Of a DNA stretch of 64,000 nt, positions 60,480 through 64,000 are shown piece after piece. This stretch comes from Cetorhinus maximus (lineage: Eukaryota), in contig NC_135894.1 in assembly GCF_964194155.1 (NCBI RefSeq), positions 16,616,001 through 16,680,000 of the forward strand, given 5' to 3'. Below the pieces are notes generated by a model, which worked only from the letters and a program-made list of their open reading frames with translations, was not told the origin of the DNA and made no database searches. Position 1 is the stretch's first letter. Each line of letters begins with the position of its first letter. The translations under genes and the position numbers were made by a program.

Positions 60480-63400
60480 TTAAGTACAAGTGATTAACAC
60501 CCGTGCCCACATTGTGCAAATAAATCTTCTTGACCTTTCTAACCCTGCCGCTAAGTCTTGGTGCTCCCCTGACATCCACAGCGGAGGTGGAAGTGGCCTG
60601 CTGACTGCTACACCTTGTTGTCTATGATGACATTGGCAGGCGTCCTCTGGAGGGCCGAGACCAGGAGGGCACCAGCCTGCTTTCAGGGCCCTGCTGTGTG
60701 GCAGTGGCACCTTCCTCAACCTGTGGAGCTGGTGCTGCTGAGGCCACAGGAAGAGGGAATACAGATGGGCCTGACACTCACGGAGACCCCTGGGTGGATG
60801 GCACCAGGGTGTGCACCTGCTGATCCTCCTTCCTATGGGTGCTTGAGGGCCCTTGGCTGACTCCTTGAGAGGAAGGGGTAGCTGAACTCAAGATGCCCCA
60901 CACCCCTCTCACATTGACAATGATGGATGCCAGCAATTGCCTCAGTGATGGAGTTGAGCCTGCACAGCAGTGCAGGACCAATGTCCTGAACCAAGGTCTC
61001 CAAAACAACTGTCATCCTACCTGTGTTGACCTTGGTACATTGGCATGCCGGAGCTATCATCTCAAACTGAAGGCGGACAGACTTCTCCATTGTGCCTTGC
61101 AATCTAAGGAGTGTAGCGGACAACCCTTCCCGAGGTTCCCAAACTTGCCTTTGTAGCTCCAGCAACTGAGGTATGACAGAGTCCAGAGGCTCCTATTCTG
61201 ACTAGGACTCAACAGATTTCTGGGCTCCAGCAGTCCTCCAAGTGCCGGAAACCTGGGAAGTCCCTGTCTCCACCTGCTGTTGATCAGACAGTGTGATGTG
61301 CTCACCAGGGGATTGTGATCCCAAGGCTACTCTACAGCTAGGTCCCACCAACATGTGTGTCTCAGCGCTGGTGGAGGGTGTGGGTGAGCACTGTGACATG
61401 TCTTCAATTATGGTGTCATCAGATTCTTTTTCCGAGGTGTCTTCGGGGCTCGAGTAGCGGACCTGGCTCTTGGACCCCCTCGGCTGCTTCCCAGATGTGT
61501 CTGCAAAAGCAAGGAGAGATAATTAGTGCATGGCATGGGACTGTGGAACAGGAGAATTCACCCACAGCATGGTTGTCTGATGGACGTTTCACTGCTGCGT
61601 CTTCACTTGATTGAGCACCGCCGACCTCACCGTCAGCACTGGAACGGTCCAGATCCTCGTCAGCCAGCTGGATGACTCTTATTTTCAAAGTCTGTGAGGA
61701 CCGTGACATTGGGCATTCTTCCACCAGTCTGCGACCTCTCCCTTTTGTGGCGTGCCAGCTTGTCCTGCATGAATACAGTGGAGAGTATGTAAGCAGGACA
61801 CCTGCCAGGCCAGGTGAGAAAGATGCCTGGCATGTGTATTTTTAAATATATAAAAAGGAAGAGAGAGACTAAAGTGAACATAGGCCCCTTACAGAATGAG
61901 GCTGAGGAAAAAGTAATGGGGAACCAAGAAATGGCTCTAATAGCATTCCAAAAATACTAAATAATCAAGATGCAAAAGGTGGGGAGGAAATAAATTCAAT
62001 AACCATCACTAGAGAAAAAGTACTAGGGAAACTAATGGGGCTAAAAGCCAATAAGTCCCCTGGACCTGATGGGTTACATCCTAGGATATTAAGGAAGTAG
62101 CTATAGAGATAGTGGATGCACTGGTAGTAATCTTCCAAGAATCCTTAGATTTTGGAAAAGTCCCGGAGGATTGGAAAACTGCCAATGTAACACCCTTATT
62201 CAGAAAGGGAGACAAAAAACAGGTAACTATAGACCAATTGGGTGAACATCTGTCATTGGGAAGATGTAAGAGGCTATTATAAAGGGTGTAATAGCAGAGC
62301 ATTTAGAATTACATAATCTAATCAAGCAGAGTCAGCATGGCTTCATGAAGGGGATATCATGCCTGACAAATTTATTAGAATTCTTTTGAGGAGGTAACAA
62401 GCAGGATAGATAAAGGGGAACCAGCAGATGTAATATATTTGGGTTTCCAAAAGGCGTTCGATAAGGTGCCGCATGTAAGGGTACTTAATAAGATAAGAGC
62501 CCATGGTGTTTCGGGTAGTATATTAGCATGGATAGAGGATTGGCTAACTAATAGAAGACAGAGAGTTGGGATGGCAACCTGTAACTAGTGGAGTGTCACA
62601 GGGATCAGTGCTGGGGCCTCAATTCTTTACAATATATATTAATGACTTGGATGAGAGAAGTGAATGTACTATCGCCATATTTGCAGATGATACAAAAATA
62701 GATGGGAAGGATGAGACAAGGAGTCTGCAGAGGGATATAGGCAGGTTAAGTGAGTGGGCAAAAAAGTGGTACATGGAATATAATGTGAGGAAATGTGAGG
62801 TTATGCACTTTGGCAGGAAGAATAAAGCAACTCAATATTATTTAAATGGAGAAAGACTGCAGAAGGCTGCAGCACAGAGGGATTTGGGAGTCCTTGTGCA
62901 TAAATCCCAAAAAGCTAACATACAAGTTCAACAGGTAATAGGGAAGGCGAATGGAATGTTGGCCTTTATTTCAAAGGAAATGGAGTATATAAATAGGGAA
63001 GTCTTGCTAAAACTATACAATGCACTAGTTAGGCCACACCTAGAATACTGTGGACAGTTTTGGTCCCCTTATCTACAGGCATTGGAGGCAGTTCAGAGAA
63101 GGTTCACTAGATTGATTCTGGGTATGGAGGGATTTTCTTATGAGGAGACGTTGAGTTCATTGGGCCTGTACTCATTGGAGTTTAGAAGAATGAGATGCAA
63201 CCTTATTGAAACATATAAGATTCTTAGGGGGTTTGACAGGGTAGATGCTGAGAGGTTGTTTCCCCTTGTGGGAGAGTCTGGGGCCAGAGGGCGTAATCTC
63301 AGATTAAGGGGTCACCATTTTAAACAGAGTTGAGGAGGAATTTCTTCTCTCAGAGGGTAGTTAATCTGTGGAATTCTTTACCACAGAGGGCTGTAGAAGC

Positions 63401-64000
63401 TGGGCTGTTAAGTATATTCAAGGCTGAGGTAGACAGATTTTTGATCAGTAAGGGAATCAAGGGTTATGGGGGAAAGGCAGAAAAATGGAGTGGAGGATTA
63501 TCAGATGAGCCATGATCTCATTGAATGACAGAACAGGCTCTATGGGCCAAATGGCCTACTTCCGCTCCTACGCCTTGTGGTCTTATGCGTGGGTGGTGAG
63601 TGCTATCATGGATGGGATGAGGACATGATCCGCAGAGCAGATAAAGGTGTGTGTGAGACAGTGAATGGTGATGTCCCTTTACCTAGCAGTGAGTGAGATC
63701 CCTATGGACGTGTGATGAATTTGTGAGTGTGAGAGTTGAGGAGAGTGATGAGAAGAGTGACTTACCTTGGCGGAACGGAGGAGATCACTCATTCTATTTC
63801 GACACTGGGTGGCTGACCTCTTTTGCAGGGCGTTGGCACTGACCAGTACTGCCATCATGCTGGACTGGTGACCTTGCTTGCTGGTCTTCACCCAGAGCAG
63901 GGGTTGAGGATTCACTGCGTGTGCTTACACTGCGTCCAGTAGGCGCTTGAGGGAGGCGTCGCCAAATTTGGGGGCAGCACATTTCCTCCCTTTGGCAGCT
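60480..64000 (-). pseudogene. Harbinger Myb/SANT-like partner gene, spliced and decayed
   Basis: Exon 1 reads APKFGDASLKRLLDAV...SANALQKRSATQCRNRMSDLLRSAK|GTAAG (~63766). Exon 2 reads DKLARHKRERSQTGG...LTDFEN..IQLA. A later coiled coil reads MLELQRQVWEPREGLSATLLRLQGTMEKS. Confidence 0.75.
61838..63586 (+). mobile_element. 5'-truncated CR1 LINE with complete RT and 3' UTR, nested in the Harbinger Myb-gene intron
   Basis: 255-aa ORF 62566-63333 (GVSQGSVLGPQFFTIYINDLD...IFADDTK...LVRPHLEYCGQFWSP). Tail atggcctacttccgctcctacgccttgtggtcttat. Possible TSD atgtgt/atgcgt. Confidence 0.9.

Larger units (their letters stand above)
57711..64000. mobile_element. Two-gene PIF/Harbinger DNA transposon (right end outside the window)
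   Basis: Left TIR-like AGGCCGGGATTTTCC. Convergent transposase (+) and Myb/SANT (-) genes. A CR1 is nested in the Myb gene's intron. Confidence 0.85.

Noticed and set aside
62566-63333. Longest ORF (255 aa) as a host gene or novel reverse-transcriptase system
   Set aside because: It is a standard CR1 ORF2 RT C-terminus with upstream stops and frameshifts and a CR1 3' UTR, and several related copies occur in the window.
52807-64000. Upstream WWC3 WW-domain exons
   Set aside because: No LPxGW or YYxDH-type coding sequence was found by eye. These exons are probably beyond the window end.
1-64000. CRISPR array, rRNA, or prokaryotic operon/defence system
   Set aside because: No regularly spaced direct repeats, rRNA motifs or dense ORFs. 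The sequence is spliceosomal-intron DNA, and most short ORFs in the track are chance or TE-derived.

Overview
This is eukaryotic, repeat-rich vertebrate DNA. The repeat repertoire (CR1 LINEs, Deu-domain SINEs, Harbinger elements, Penelope-like elements) suggests a cartilaginous fish such as a shark; this is an inference. The window lies inside one host gene on the minus strand, a WWC-family (KIBRA-like, Hippo pathway) gene most similar to WWC3. Six coding exons were read by hand: 52806-52603, 49977-49901, 45781-45702, 18215-18086, 9224-9078 and 3030-2957. All have GT-AG boundaries and compatible phases, and they splice into one open frame of 712 nt. The rest is intron filled with nested, mostly decayed transposons: CR1 and L2 LINEs, a second LINE family and its partner SINE, a Gypsy remnant, a solo LTR, two-gene Harbinger elements and their MITEs. 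The most interesting non-obvious signals are: (1) two families of Penelope-like elements inserted as fold-back structures carrying minimal type I hammerhead-ribozyme motifs, some on the pre-mRNA strand; (2) a ~526-bp near-perfect palindrome with a variant hammerhead core; (3) a 36-bp inverted templated insertion copied from ~0.9 kb away. I found no prokaryotic-type system, CRISPR array, rRNA or true tRNA. All assignments come from manual reading and recalled protein motifs, with no database searches. Transposon boundaries are approximate unless a TSD or TIR is cited.
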